Shown: positions 47,961 through 57,975, counted from the stretch's first letter. The stretch: DNA of 64,000 bases from a bacterium (GCA_021786945.1 JAJYMK010000003.1:393471-457470), one strand, 5' to 3'. The notes: generated by a model from the letters alone, not told the origin. A program made the numbers and translations.

Positions 47961-48283
47961 CATTACGAAACGCTGACCTCTTAAGTCAGAATTTATCTCA
48001 TAAATTATACGAAAATATGAGATCGATTTTGCTCCCATGCAAAATCATTTTGCGAACAACACATTGCGAAAAGACCATAATGTCTAAAATGTATTGTTCT
48101 GTTAAAATTTTCTCTCTAAATTTGTGGCTGATTCATTTCTGAATCAACTTTATTAAGTTGCTGTCTGCTGTTCATCCAGGTCTGTCAGTCGGTCCCGGAT
48201 TTTTCAAAAATATTTTTTTTGGAAGATCCGGGACAAACCAACTATTTTTTTTTAAAAAACTTGATTGAATTTTTTTATAAAAA

Positions 48284-48301
48284 AACCGCGTTTGCGCGGT
48301 T
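48284..48301 (-). terminator. Rho-independent terminator (AACCGCG-TTTG-CGCGGTT) between the 48473 gene and the 23S promoter region
   Basis: GC hairpin with a T-run on the minus strand. Confidence 0.5.
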
Positions 48302-48436
48302 ACTTAATACAACAAAAACTTCTCGTTTAGCCGCGCGATGTTTTGATATGTAAATAAATATTCATCAAGTAAATGTAATAATAATCAATAACCAAAAAAA
48401 TGTCAACACCTTTAAAACTAGTCGGCCAAAATAAAA

Positions 48437-48460
48437 AGCAGCGGGTTGAAACCGCTGCTT
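48437..48460 (-). terminator. bidirectional Rho-independent terminator (AAGCAGCGG-loop-CCGCTGCTT)
   Basis: 9-bp stem flanked by A and T runs, directly after the 48473 stop. Confidence 0.6.
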
Positions 48461-48472
48461 ATTTTTATGAAA

Positions 48473-49045
48473 CTACCACCCATTTCCCACCTCGCCCTTG
48501 CGCATGGCTATGAGCAGATCCTTGGCCAGAAAAGAAATCTGGGTAAGGTATTTTTTGTTTTCCGGTTTCCTGAAAAAGCCGCAAGCCGTTTCAAGATCCT
48601 GATGAAAACATTTCTTCGCATCTTCGGATGCGTAGTTGGAGGTACAGAAAATAAGGACATCTTCCCTGCCATGAACAGAGCGCACAAGCCCCGTTTCTTT
48701 CAGGTAGTTGAAGAATTTTTTTGCCGTCGAGCCGCAATATTCTTTGCCGCCGACTTCTATGCTTTCCCATGCCCCGCGGAAAATATCGCTAGGATAGAAA
48801 AGCTTATTTTTTTCGTAAAGCACTTCCATGCAGTTCATTACATCTTTGGCATTAACCAAAGCTTTTACTCCGATTTTTTCCAGAAGAAAAAAGGAGCAAA
48901 TAACGAATTCTGAAAAACCAACTTTGAGCGCAGCGTTGGGCTGATTTTTTGACAGACTTATTTCCGCCAGCAACATCGCTTCGGCTTTTTGCCAGTCCTC
49001 CTGTGTCGGTATTTTATCCAGCGCTACGTGACTAAGTATTTTCAT
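48473..49045 (-). CDS. hypothetical protein, first gene of the higher-GC island
   Basis: 190-aa ORF with coding-like composition; no motif recognised; GC visibly higher than the genome background. Confidence 0.5.
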   Translation of the reverse strand: MKILSHVALDKIPTQEDWQKAEAMLLAEISLSKNQPNAALKVGFSEFVICSFFLLEKIGVKALVNAKDVMNCMEVLYEKNKLFYPSDIFRGAWESIEVGGKEYCGSTAKKFFNYLKETGLVRSVHGREDVLIFCTSNYASEDAKKCFHQDLETACGFFRKPENKKYLTQISFLAKDLLIAMRKGEVGNGW

Positions 49046-49151
49046 CTATATCCTCCATATTTTTGACTTCAAATAACTGCAGAGAATTTTATTAGAAAAA
49101 TTGAATAGTGTCAATTAAAAAACTCCCCCCGTTGGGAGAGTTTTTTAATAT

Positions 49152-49832
49152 TTATTTTTCTATTCCGTCTTTCATCTTTTGCAAAAGATGTGCGGCAAAA
49201 TCTTTTCCGCCAAGACCGAAAGCCAAACCGCCAGCCAAAGCAAACATAGCGATAAGGCCGGTAATTACCGTGTTAATAATAGCCACGGCAACTCCGAGCT
49301 GATTCAGGGCTATTAAAAGACCGAAAGTCACAATAACCCACCAGGCAGCGGAAGAAAGAAATCCCTCTCCCCCGACTTTAGCGCTCATTACGGAAGCCTT
49401 AACTATTTTCTGCATTAAATTTGCAACAATAAGAGCCACTACCATAACTAAAATAGCAACTACAAGATTCGGAAGATAAGTCAGGATATCTTTTACGAAA
49501 TTAGACAATACGTAAAACTTCAAAATATCCGCAGCCGCAGAAAAGAAAACTAAAACCAAAAACCAATAAACTATTTCTCCGAACAAATATCCGGAATTAA
49601 GTTCCAAGTTGGCCCGCTTGGTATATTCTTCCAAACCGACTTTTTTTAAAAAATTATCCAGCTTAATAGCTATAATTAATTTTTCAACCAAGGAAGCCAA
49701 ACCAGAGGCTACGGCTAAACCAATAATAAAAACCAACAACGCGCCTATCAAAGACGGTAAAAACGATAATGTTTGAACCCAAAGATTTTGTAATGAGCTC
49801 ATTAAAACGTCCGTCCAAGTTTGAATTAACAT
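49152..49832 (-). CDS. polytopic membrane protein with repeated TM-helix modules resembling the MscS N-terminal TM_helix repeat; in the higher-GC island
   Basis: 226 aa, several TM helices with two similar repeated segments (LLVFIIGLAVASGLASLVEKLI / AILVMVVALIVANLMQKIVKA); terminator after the stop. Confidence 0.45.
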   Translation of the reverse strand: MLIQTWTDVLMSSLQNLWVQTLSFLPSLIGALLVFIIGLAVASGLASLVEKLIIAIKLDNFLKKVGLEEYTKRANLELNSGYLFGEIVYWFLVLVFFSAAADILKFYVLSNFVKDILTYLPNLVVAILVMVVALIVANLMQKIVKASVMSAKVGGEGFLSSAAWWVIVTFGLLIALNQLGVAVAIINTVITGLIAMFALAGGLAFGLGGKDFAAHLLQKMKDGIEK

Positions 49833-49919
49833 TTTTTTAAAATTAATAATTAGTTTCGACTACAATTTAATTATAGCAAAATAAAAAGACGGGATTTTAT
49901 TCCCGTCTTTATTTTCTAA

Positions 49920-50381
49920 CTAATCGTTTTTCTTGGTACCGGGAAGTACGAAGATTGCCGACTGAGGTTTACCGGTCTCGATGATCTTTTTAAGATCAAT
50001 CACCGGCCTAACCTTGCCTAGAAATTCTTCTTTATAAATATCCGAGTGAAGAATTATTTTTTCGCCCTCGGCTCTTTTTACGCCCAGGCCATTTAAAGCC
50101 TTACCATAACCGCCAAACCAGACGAAATCGTCCAGTGATAAAGTTCGGAATCCACGCCTCGAATATTCTCTTTCCCACCTGGCCCACCCCCAGAACATAT
50201 TATCAAACCCAAGCGGCTCTCCGAAATAAAGATAACTCACACCATCGCCAAACCTGGCGCCGGCCTCGATATAATTCATTTCCGCTTCTTTATCGGAAAG
50301 ACTTTTTAACCAAAGCATATAAAGCCAGTCAAAAGCTTCACCGAGCCTTCTTTTCAGTTTTTTCATCATGCTTCCTCCCAA
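49920..50381 (-). CDS. hypothetical Trp/Gly-rich protein in the higher-GC island
   Basis: 153-aa ORF, no TM helix and no known motif (FDNMFWGWARWEREY...FVWFGGYGKALNGLG); terminator after the stop. Confidence 0.45.
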   Translation of the reverse strand: MGGSMMKKLKRRLGEAFDWLYMLWLKSLSDKEAEMNYIEAGARFGDGVSYLYFGEPLGFDNMFWGWARWEREYSRRGFRTLSLDDFVWFGGYGKALNGLGVKRAEGEKIILHSDIYKEEFLGKVRPVIDLKKIIETGKPQSAIFVLPGTKKND

Positions 50382-50442
50382 ATAATTTTTAAATAACTAA
50401 ATAAAAGATACTCCTTAGATTGAGTAAAAGTCAAAATAAAAG

Positions 50443-50513
50443 TGGACCTAGGCGGAATCGAACCGCCGTCTCAGCAATGCGAATGCCGTGTTCTACCACT
50501 AGACTATAGGCCC
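50443..50513 (-). tRNA. tRNA-Ala(CGC)
   Basis: hand-folded: acceptor GGGCCTA/TAGGTCC with one GU pair, anticodon loop TTCGCAT, T-arm GGCGG-TTCGATT-CCGCC; D-stem has one mismatch. Confidence 0.65.
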
Positions 50514-50588
50514 ATCTGCTTCATATATAATAAAAAAAATAAACGGAAAACAAAAGCCCTCTTTTCAAGAGGGCTTTTGAATTGCGAT

Positions 50589-51617
50589 TTATTTCCAAAT
50601 TCCGCTTTCGTAAAAAAATAAAATAAAATATCCAACTAATAAAATAAGCCACCCAGCCGCCTGAATCAAGTCAAGTAATTGAGCACTGGACATACTAAAG
50701 TTTTCCGCGGCAATAGTGTAAACATCTTCCAAAGAATCCAGCTTTTCTTTTACACTTTTGTGCCAAGCATCAAATTTAAATTTCTTCGAAAGCAAGTCAT
50801 AAACCCTGGCAGAATACCAGTCACCTATTAGTTTGATATCTTTATCTAAAGCTTCGAATTGGGAAATTGACTGAGTTCTTATTCTAATAACCTCTCTAAA
50901 TGCATTAGCCATATCTTTATTCCTAAAAATTCTTGTCCAAATCCCCTTCTTTTCATCAGTTTGAATAAGCTTATAAACTTTTTTAAGTCTTTCATCCAAG
51001 TCTTCGTCTAAGGCGCGGTATCTAAGCAACTGAAAATTAGCCAGCTGCAAAAGATCAATAGAATCATCGAAATCACCCTTAGGGTCAAATAAAAATGCCC
51101 CATCCCAATCTAAAATAATCAAGTCATCCTTAGCATATTTAAACTGGAAAGAAAGTGTATATTCAATTTCTTTTTCATCGAGTTCTAATTTTTCGGATTT
51201 CAAAAGAGATGCTATTTTATTTCCGTGTTTTTTAATAAACAGCTCCGGGTCACCGGAATAATCGGAAATTTGATGAACAGTGAACTCCTCTCCCGTTTCA
51301 ATTCTAGCACCGCTTCTTTTACCGTAATCAATGCAAGCGTCCAAAAGCTTATCTTTTAATTCAAGAATTTCTTCGGAAAATATATCCGGCACCTCAATGG
51401 TTCCTTCGATCATTAAAGCATCGGAATAATAACTTTTAAGGATCAGTTCAACTTCATAATTCTTAACCTTAACTTTTTCTTTTCCAATAACTATCTGAGG
51501 CGGCATTGATTTCGCCAAATAATGCGGACTGCTTTTAAGTGGTACTGGCGCCGGCATCTCCTTACCCTTTTTAGCTTTATTTATTTCTGCCACTACAAAC
51601 GATGTAATTTTATGCAT
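50589..51617 (-). CDS. hypothetical protein with a C-terminal TM anchor
   Basis: 342 aa, charged soluble domain, single C-terminal TM helix (WLILLVGYFILFFY); no motif recognised. Confidence 0.45.
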   Translation of the reverse strand: MHKITSFVVAEINKAKKGKEMPAPVPLKSSPHYLAKSMPPQIVIGKEKVKVKNYEVELILKSYYSDALMIEGTIEVPDIFSEEILELKDKLLDACIDYGKRSGARIETGEEFTVHQISDYSGDPELFIKKHGNKIASLLKSEKLELDEKEIEYTLSFQFKYAKDDLIILDWDGAFLFDPKGDFDDSIDLLQLANFQLLRYRALDEDLDERLKKVYKLIQTDEKKGIWTRIFRNKDMANAFREVIRIRTQSISQFEALDKDIKLIGDWYSARVYDLLSKKFKFDAWHKSVKEKLDSLEDVYTIAAENFSMSSAQLLDLIQAAGWLILLVGYFILFFYESGIWK

Positions 51618-51628
51618 ATATCAAAAAA

Positions 51629-51847
51629 TTAATTTATTTCTACGACCTTATTCGATGAAGTTATTCCGCTTACTATTTTTATCCGCCATGAGGCTATATC
51701 CAGATTTTCAGCCAAAGCTTTTATTACAGCTTCATTCGCTTTGCCTTCCACCGGCGCCTCTTTCACTCTTACCAAAAAATTGCCTTCATCCAATTTTTCA
51801 ACACCCGGTTTTTTTGACCGTGTTTTAACTTTTACGGAAAACCTCAT
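51629..51847 (-). CDS. DUF167/YggU-family small protein
   Basis: MRFSVKVK.RSKK..VE..D...L.V.V...P.EGKAN family-like pattern; 72 aa. Confidence 0.55.
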   Translation of the reverse strand: MRFSVKVKTRSKKPGVEKLDEGNFLVRVKEAPVEGKANEAVIKALAENLDIASWRIKIVSGITSSNKVVEIN

Positions 51848-51929
51848 AAATTTTATAAGTAAAAATCTTTATAAGCGGCACACAAAGAAAAAATCTTCCC
51901 TGCGCCGCCCGTTAAAAATATTTACAAAA

Positions 51930-52142
51930 TTACTTTCTGGCAAACTTCATCATTACAACGGCTACATATACAGCCGATACTCCAACCAACAAATAAACTA
52001 ATTGGGCTAATACCGGCATAAAACCTAAAAGCAGCATTACCAAGTCATAGCTCGGGTTAATACCTACCAAACCCCAATTCAAACCGCCTACAATTACCAA
52101 GATTAAAGCGATTTTATCCAATAAAGTTAATTCTTTAACCAT
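51930..52142 (-). CDS. DUF378-family small membrane protein
   Basis: IALILVIVGGLNWGLVGI motif typical of DUF378; 70 aa, two TM helices. Confidence 0.6.
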   Translation of the reverse strand: MVKELTLLDKIALILVIVGGLNWGLVGINPSYDLVMLLLGFMPVLAQLVYLLVGVSAVYVAVVMMKFARK

Positions 52143-52266
52143 TGATTTAAAAAATTAATTAATAAGCGACCTTTTCCCGCTTATTTTGCGGTACCTCTTA
52201 ATTTTACCATACCTATAAAACCCTCCAAACCTCCTAAAAACAAAATAAAATCCGCCTCTTGGCGGA

Positions 52267-52959
52267 TTAAATTTTTATATTTTTTACAAATTCCGGCAAT
52301 TTTTCTTCGGATATCGAATCTTCTTTTCTGAAATCCCCCACCCTCGTCCTTTCCAAAAAAGAAAGATAGCCGCCGGTACCCAATTTTTTGCCTATATCCC
52401 TGGCCAGAGAACGGATATAAACACCTGGGCCGGTCACAATCCTAATTTTCAATTTTGGCCAGACGTATTCCAAGAGCTCGATGCTTTTTATTTCTACATC
52501 TCTAGGTTCCATTTCCACCACCTGGCCACTACGGGCATATTTATAAGCTTCTTTTCCGGAAACTTTAATAGCGCTATAAATCGGGGGAAGTTGTTTTATC
52601 TTCCCAATAAAATCCTTAAAAGAATTTTTTACATCTTCGGTTGTCGGCTCGTCCTGAGTCTGTCGAAGGATTTTTTCTCTTTCAACTTCGTTCAAGATAA
52701 GTCCTTCGGCGTCGTCCGTTGCGCTTTCAAATCCCAAAGTTATTTCCGCAATATATTCTTTTTCTTTTTTTACCACCTCATTTATGGTTTTGGTGGCTTC
52801 CCTGCCAACTGCTATAACCAAAACTCCCTGAGCCAAAGGATCCAATGTACCGGCGTGCCCGATCTTTACTCCGCGGACGCCAATTAGCCGCTTCACCATT
52901 TGCACGGCGTCGTTGGAAGTAATTCCTTTTGGTTTATAAAAAGCGAAAATATTGGGCAT
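52267..52959 (-). CDS. truB: tRNA pseudouridine(55) synthase TruB
   Basis: KPKGITSNDAV...GHAGTLDPLAQGVLVIAVG catalytic-Asp motif. Confidence 0.9.
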   Translation of the reverse strand: MPNIFAFYKPKGITSNDAVQMVKRLIGVRGVKIGHAGTLDPLAQGVLVIAVGREATKTINEVVKKEKEYIAEITLGFESATDDAEGLILNEVEREKILRQTQDEPTTEDVKNSFKDFIGKIKQLPPIYSAIKVSGKEAYKYARSGQVVEMEPRDVEIKSIELLEYVWPKLKIRIVTGPGVYIRSLARDIGKKLGTGGYLSFLERTRVGDFRKEDSISEEKLPEFVKNIKI

Positions 52960-52962
52960 AAA

Positions 52963-54030
52963 TTAAATTATCAGCATTCCGTCCCCGAAAGAAAAGAACC
53001 TGAATTTTTTAGAAATAGCTTTTTTGTATATATTCAAAATATTTTTTCTGCCAACAAAAGCCGAAACTAACATAAGTAAACTTGATTTGGGGACGTGAAA
53101 ATTTGTAATCAGGCTATCTACAAATCTGAATTTGTATCCTTCTTTTATAAAAATATCTGTGTTGCCGCTCAATTTCTTTATTTTTCCCGATTTATCCGAA
53201 GCCGATTCCAGCGTACGCACAACTGTGGTGCCAACCGCAACGATGGGCTTATTTTCTTTTTTAGCTTTATTCAAAATATCTGCCGACTTTCTGCTTATTT
53301 CAAAATACTCGGTATGAAGTTTTGATTTTTTAAATAAATCCTCGGATAACGGCGAAAAAGTTCCCAGATTCACATGCAGCGTGGTAAAAACAAGTTGTAT
53401 TCCGGATTTTTTAAGTCCGGCCAAAAGCTTTTTTGTGAAATGAAGCGATGCTGTCGGAGCGGCCACCGATCCTTTACGATCGGCAAAAACCGTCTGATAT
53501 TCTTTTCTTAATTGCTTTTCAGAGAGAGGAATATTTTTAATATACGGTGGAATAGGAGTTATTCCGTATTTTTCCAAAACTTCAAAAGTTTTATTTACGG
53601 AAAAAGAAGGCTTCAAAAAATAATGTCCGCCGACTTTATGTCTAACAATAAAAAATATCTTAGAATCAATCTCTATTTTTGAGCCGATATCCAAATTCCT
53701 GTCCGACAAAAATTCCAGCAAATTTCCCTTTTTACCCCCGCACCTACTAGTTAGGTGAGGGGGTGTATCTATATACAAAATTCTAGCTAAACCGCCGGTC
53801 GGTTTTTTCACAACCAAGCGCGCCGGTAAAACACGGGTATCATTTAAAACCAAAACTGAATTCTTGGATAAATACTTGCCTAAATTTTTAAAAGTATCAA
53901 AAAATACCTGTTTTGTTTTTCTTTTATATACCAAAAGCTTGGCGCTGTCCCTAGGACTAGCCGGTTTTTTGGCGATCAATTCATTGGGCAATGAATAATC
54001 ATAAAGTTTTAAAAACTTATCAAAATCCAT
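52963..54030 (-). CDS. queA: S-adenosylmethionine:tRNA ribosyltransferase-isomerase QueA
   Basis: N-terminus FDY.LP.ELIA..P...RD.S.LLV and overall QueA pattern, 355 aa. Confidence 0.85.
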   Translation of the reverse strand: MDFDKFLKLYDYSLPNELIAKKPASPRDSAKLLVYKRKTKQVFFDTFKNLGKYLSKNSVLVLNDTRVLPARLVVKKPTGGLARILYIDTPPHLTSRCGGKKGNLLEFLSDRNLDIGSKIEIDSKIFFIVRHKVGGHYFLKPSFSVNKTFEVLEKYGITPIPPYIKNIPLSEKQLRKEYQTVFADRKGSVAAPTASLHFTKKLLAGLKKSGIQLVFTTLHVNLGTFSPLSEDLFKKSKLHTEYFEISRKSADILNKAKKENKPIVAVGTTVVRTLESASDKSGKIKKLSGNTDIFIKEGYKFRFVDSLITNFHVPKSSLLMLVSAFVGRKNILNIYKKAISKKFRFFSFGDGMLII

Positions 54031-54032
54031 TT

Positions 54033-54467
54033 TTATTTTTTTAGCCCCGTCGATCCAAATCCACCCTCACCTCGCGACGTCTCGCTCAATTCTTCCACTT
54101 CTTCTATATCCACCTCTTCGTATCTGGCAATTACTGCCTGGGCTATTTTCTCCCCCTTCTTTACCTGATAGTCGTCTTTTGAAGAATTATAAAGAATAAC
54201 TTTCACCTCACCTCTGTATCCGCAATCAACGGTGCCTGGCGTATTCAAAACAGTCACGCCAAAGTTAGCAGCTAAACCCGATTTCGGCCTCACCTGTAAT
54301 TCAAATCCCATAGGAATTTCAAATTTCAATCCTGTGCCTATAAGCAATCTTTCTCCAGCTCGCAAAACAACGTCTTCAACGGAATATAAATCCATTCCGG
54401 CGTCGCCCTTATGAACATAATGCGGAATAACCGCATCTTTATTTATTTTTTGTATTTTTATTTTCAT
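54033..54467 (-). CDS. dut: dUTP diphosphatase
   Basis: dUTPase motifs GDAGMDL, RPKSGLA, G.VD.GYRGE, C-terminal RGEGGFGSTG. Confidence 0.9.
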   Translation of the reverse strand: MKIKIQKINKDAVIPHYVHKGDAGMDLYSVEDVVLRAGERLLIGTGLKFEIPMGFELQVRPKSGLAANFGVTVLNTPGTVDCGYRGEVKVILYNSSKDDYQVKKGEKIAQAVIARYEEVDIEEVEELSETSRGEGGFGSTGLKK

Positions 54468-54479
54468 AATTTTATAAAA

Positions 54480-54860
54480 TTATCCAATTTCGCTGCCCGA
54501 ACTAATTTCTTTATCAGGGTTTAATAAAGCAATTCCAGAATCATCGCTTGCGGCCAAGACCATCCCATTGCTTTCCCAAACCACTTGCTCAATTTGTTCT
54601 TCAGATATTTTGTTTTTAATGGTAAATTTTCTTGGTTCCAGGTTTGCGACAATCGCTATTTGTTTACCTATCAAACTTTCCGGCTCATAGGCCTTTCCTA
54701 TGCCGGCAAGCACCTGCCTGGTTACTGGAGCGCCATCTTCCTTTTTATCTCCGGCATCCAAAATCAGTTTTATCAATTTATCCGATCCAGCCACCCGGCT
54801 GGCTTCCAAAACCTTAGCCACCCTTAATTCAACTTTAGAAAAATCATCGTAATTAATCAT
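54480..54860 (-). CDS. standalone tRNA-binding domain protein (CsaA/Trbp111/EMAP-like; equivalent to the MetRS C-terminal domain)
   Basis: [26 protein letters not shown]......RQV.AGI, OB-fold tRNA-binding domain; 126 aa. Confidence 0.75.
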   Translation of the reverse strand: MINYDDFSKVELRVAKVLEASRVAGSDKLIKLILDAGDKKEDGAPVTRQVLAGIGKAYEPESLIGKQIAIVANLEPRKFTIKNKISEEQIEQVVWESNGMVLAASDDSGIALLNPDKEISSGSEIG

Positions 54861-54864
54861 AAAT

Positions 54865-55662
54865 TTATTTTAGCTTAATAGCTTCCAAGAACATAAATAT
54901 AGGAATTTCTTTTCTGATTTTATCTTCAGCTTTAGCTCTGGGACCATGTTGACTCTTTTTATGAGAATTCCATTCTTCAAGTCTATCCACAGCAAATCCA
55001 TTTTTTCCCAAAAGCTTGAAGTAATACTGAAGCGGTCTATGAAAAGAAATGGTCATTTCTGCTTTATTAGCCGGGACCCGTCCTGAGCTTGCCGAAGGAT
55101 GCATTTGTATTTCAATTTTAGATTCAGAAAGATACTGGTCCACCCTTCTGTATTGAGATTTATTTTTCTCATCCCATTCCCAACTACTCTGTTTCGGAAT
55201 ACGGAAAGCGGGATGATTCAAAACCAAAAATAATTTTCCGGATGGCTTCAAAATACGCTTGCACTCCCTAAAAACACCCGAAACATTATCGATATTTTGT
55301 ATAGCTAAAACTATGACTATTTTATCTAAAGAATTATCCTTTATAAAACTTAGATTATCCGCAGAAGAAACCTTGTAATCGATTTCTATTTTTTCTTCGC
55401 CGCCTATCTTCTCGGCCAAAGATATAAGCTCCCTAGAAATATCCACCCCCATTACTTTTGCGCCTAATTTATATAATTCCCGGCTAAAAAAACCCTGGCC
55501 ACAGGCTAAATCCAAAACCGCATCGCCCTTTTTAATATCCATTAAACGGACAAGATTCGGAAGTATCAATTCTTTCTGATATGTTCCCTCTTCTTTTTCC
55601 AATAAATCCGAATACCACTCGGCTACTCTTCCCCAGGATGTTTTTTGATTAACCTTCTTCAT
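54865..55662 (-). CDS. class I SAM-dependent methyltransferase
   Basis: motif [10 protein letters not shown], Rossmann-fold MTase pattern; start reassigned to the ATG at 55662 because the longer ORF (to 55785) overlaps tRNA-Pro. Confidence 0.7.
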   Translation of the reverse strand: MKKVNQKTSWGRVAEWYSDLLEKEEGTYQKELILPNLVRLMDIKKGDAVLDLACGQGFFSRELYKLGAKVMGVDISRELISLAEKIGGEEKIEIDYKVSSADNLSFIKDNSLDKIVIVLAIQNIDNVSGVFRECKRILKPSGKLFLVLNHPAFRIPKQSSWEWDEKNKSQYRRVDQYLSESKIEIQMHPSASSGRVPANKAEMTISFHRPLQYYFKLLGKNGFAVDRLEEWNSHKKSQHGPRAKAEDKIRKEIPIFMFLEAIKLK

Positions 55663-55677
55663 GAATTTTATAATCTG

Positions 55678-55748
55678 TCGGAGTGCTGGGAATCGAACCC
55701 AGGCCTCACGCACCCGAAACGTGTATACTACCACTATACGACACTCCG
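55678..55748 (-). tRNA. tRNA-Pro(CGG)
   Basis: acceptor CGGAGTG/CACTCCG, anticodon loop TTCGGGT, T-arm CTGGG-TTCGATT-CCCAG. Confidence 0.75.
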
Positions 55749-55789
55749 AAGTTTCTATAATATAATTATTATAGCAACGATTCAATAGT

Positions 55790-56485
55790 ATGGAAAAACA
55801 ACAACGAATAAAAAAAATAATAATAAAAAGAAAGGATGGATTTCTGACTGCTCTAGAAAAAAACTGGAGAGATTATCTTTTAAAACCATTAACCGATAAA
55901 TTCCTTAAATTTGGAATTACGGCAAACCAAATAACCTATCTGGGGTTCGGACTTATTTTTATTGCTATTTGCATGAACTTCGCAAAATTCGATCTTAGAT
56001 GGCAATTATCAATTCTTATCCTCGCCGCTTTATCAGACGCCATAGATGGCCCAACCGCCAGAAACAATGACAACGTCACAATAAAAGGAACTTGGCTCGA
56101 CCACACGAGAGATGGTCTATTGGCAGCTTGGGCGTCATATCTTATTTACTCATATAAATTATTAGGTTTAGAAATCTTAATTATAGTTTGGGCACTAGAA
56201 ATTCTACTATTTTGGATAAACATAAAAGATTTTTTAATCAAATATCTAAAAGTTGTAGATCACGAAGCAGATGTGTTGATAGAAAATTTTTCTCTCGATA
56301 ATTTACAAGCATCGGTAATTGGGAGGCTGCAATTTTTTTGTTGGATATTCGGCTACCTGCTTCTTCTGGCTAGTTTAATTATAAATATTCCGACTTTGGC
56401 TATTATAGGTGAAGCGGCTGTGATTCTGGAAATTATTTTTGCAGGACTAAACATTCTCGAAAGTTATCAAAAAACACTTATATAA
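55790..56485 (+). CDS. CDP-alcohol phosphatidyltransferase family protein
   Basis: D(x)2DG(x)2AR...G(x)3D(x)3D pattern (DAIDGPTAR...GTWLDHTRDGL), multiple TM helices. Confidence 0.7.
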   Translation: MEKQQRIKKIIIKRKDGFLTALEKNWRDYLLKPLTDKFLKFGITANQITYLGFGLIFIAICMNFAKFDLRWQLSILILAALSDAIDGPTARNNDNVTIKGTWLDHTRDGLLAAWASYLIYSYKLLGLEILIIVWALEILLFWINIKDFLIKYLKVVDHEADVLIENFSLDNLQASVIGRLQFFCWIFGYLLLLASLIINIPTLAIIGEAAVILEIIFAGLNILESYQKTLI

Positions 56486-56508
56486 AAACCGCCCATTGGG
56501 CGGTTTTT
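56485..56508 (+). terminator. bidirectional Rho-independent terminator (AAAAACCGCCC-ATTG-GGCGGTTTTT)
   Basis: GC stem with flanking A and T runs between convergent genes. Confidence 0.7.
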
Positions 56509-56511
56509 ATT

Positions 56512-57975
56512 TTAAACAAAATATTTTTTCTTTATATCCTCTTCTATTTTGGTTTGGGCTTCATTAGCCGATTTTTTAGCAAATTTAGCCATCTCTCTTA
56601 ATTGTTCTTCTTTTAAAACCAACATCTGCTTCGCCCTATCCAATAAAATTTCTTTTTTATTTATCGCCGGATCATCCAAAACCTCTTCCAATAAAATTGC
56701 CAATATATATCCAATTTTAGGACTCGGAACTAGTCCGGTTTCTTTCATCAGATCATTTCCATCCAGCTGAAGCATTTTGGCGCTTATCGGATCATTGCTT
56801 ACTTTCTCAATCCTGAATTTAAGATGCCTCAGCCTGTACGGCTGGGCCTTGGGCACGCCCGAACCAATCCTGTCGGCTTCACGCAAAGAAAACAGGTCGT
56901 CCATATTTTCCGATCCAACGCGGCGCAACAATCTCCTGGCTCCCGCGTCGGTTACCGTTTCCGGATCATAAACAAACATATGTTCCCGTATAAGCCCAAC
57001 AACTTTTTCGGTAATTTCTTTTGAGAATTTCAATCTGTCCAAAATTTGAGCGGCCATCCTGGCTCCAATTACCTGATGTCCATAAAAAGTAGCGTCGGGA
57101 CCATTTCCTCTTTTACTTTTTGGTTTACCCACGTCATGAAGCAGGGCCGCCAGCCTGATTTCCAAAGAAAAATTCTTTTTCGCCGTATATTCCAAGGACT
57201 TCAGATTATGCTCAAATACAGTAAACACATGATGCTGATTCTGTGAAACGCCAACACCCTCCATAAGCTCCGGAACGACATATTTTAAAAGCCCCAGCTC
57301 CCTTAATTTATCTATTCCTCCGGCCGCATCATCGGCCATTAAAGTTTTTGAAAATTCATCGCGTATTCTTTCCCTGGAAATAAATTCCAAAAGTCCAGCA
57401 TGCTTTTTTATGGCATTTTCGGTTTCGCCTTCAATCTCAAAACCAAGCTGCGCCATAAAACGCACAGCCCTCATCATCCTCAGAGCATCTTCCTCAAATC
57501 TTTGTTCTGGATTTCCCACAGCTTTTATTATTTTTCTGCCCAAATCCTGGATTCCGCCAAAAGGATCTATAAGCTCAAATGGTTTTTCCAAATTTATCCT
57601 CAATGCCATTGCATTTACCGTGAAATCCCTGCGAGATAGGTCTTCCTCGATTGTATTTGCAAATCTCACTTCATCGGGATGCCTCTTGTCGGTATATTTA
57701 CCCTCCAATCTATAGGTTGTGATTTCTATAATTTTCAATTTCGGATCGGAAGACTCCGTCTTTACCCCAACGGTCCCAAAATTATTTTCATACACACTGT
57801 CGGGAAAAATTTTTTGTATATCTGCGGGTGTGGCATTAGTAGTTATATCCCAATCTTTAGGTTCTTTGCCCCGTAAAATATCACGCACACAACCCCCAAC
57901 AAGGCACGCCTCAAAACCGGCTTTCAGTAAAGCTTCCGTAACTTGTTTTATTTCGGTTTTTTCGATAGTCTGCAT
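56512..57975 (-). CDS. cca: CCA-adding tRNA nucleotidyltransferase with C-terminal HD domain
   Basis: GGCVRDILRG...DWDI nucleotidyltransferase head, HD motif (LLHDVGK), 487 aa; consistent with most tRNA genes here lacking an encoded CCA. Confidence 0.85.
   Translation of the reverse strand: MQTIEKTEIKQVTEALLKAGFEACLVGGCVRDILRGKEPKDWDITTNATPADIQKIFPDSVYENNFGTVGVKTESSDPKLKIIEITTYRLEGKYTDKRHPDEVRFANTIEEDLSRRDFTVNAMALRINLEKPFELIDPFGGIQDLGRKIIKAVGNPEQRFEEDALRMMRAVRFMAQLGFEIEGETENAIKKHAGLLEFISRERIRDEFSKTLMADDAAGGIDKLRELGLLKYVVPELMEGVGVSQNQHHVFTVFEHNLKSLEYTAKKNFSLEIRLAALLHDVGKPKSKRGNGPDATFYGHQVIGARMAAQILDRLKFSKEITEKVVGLIREHMFVYDPETVTDAGARRLLRRVGSENMDDLFSLREADRIGSGVPKAQPYRLRHLKFRIEKVSNDPISAKMLQLDGNDLMKETGLVPSPKIGYILAILLEEVLDDPAINKKEILLDRAKQMLVLKEEQLREMAKFAKKSANEAQTKIEEDIKKKYFV

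Noticed and set aside
48190-48235. The hairpin GTCCCGGAT...ATCCGGGAC upstream of the 23S as a terminator or mobile-element end
   Set aside because: No T-run follows, and there is no matching inverted partner elsewhere in the window. It is more simply a 23S precursor processing stem. Noted only within the rRNA finding.
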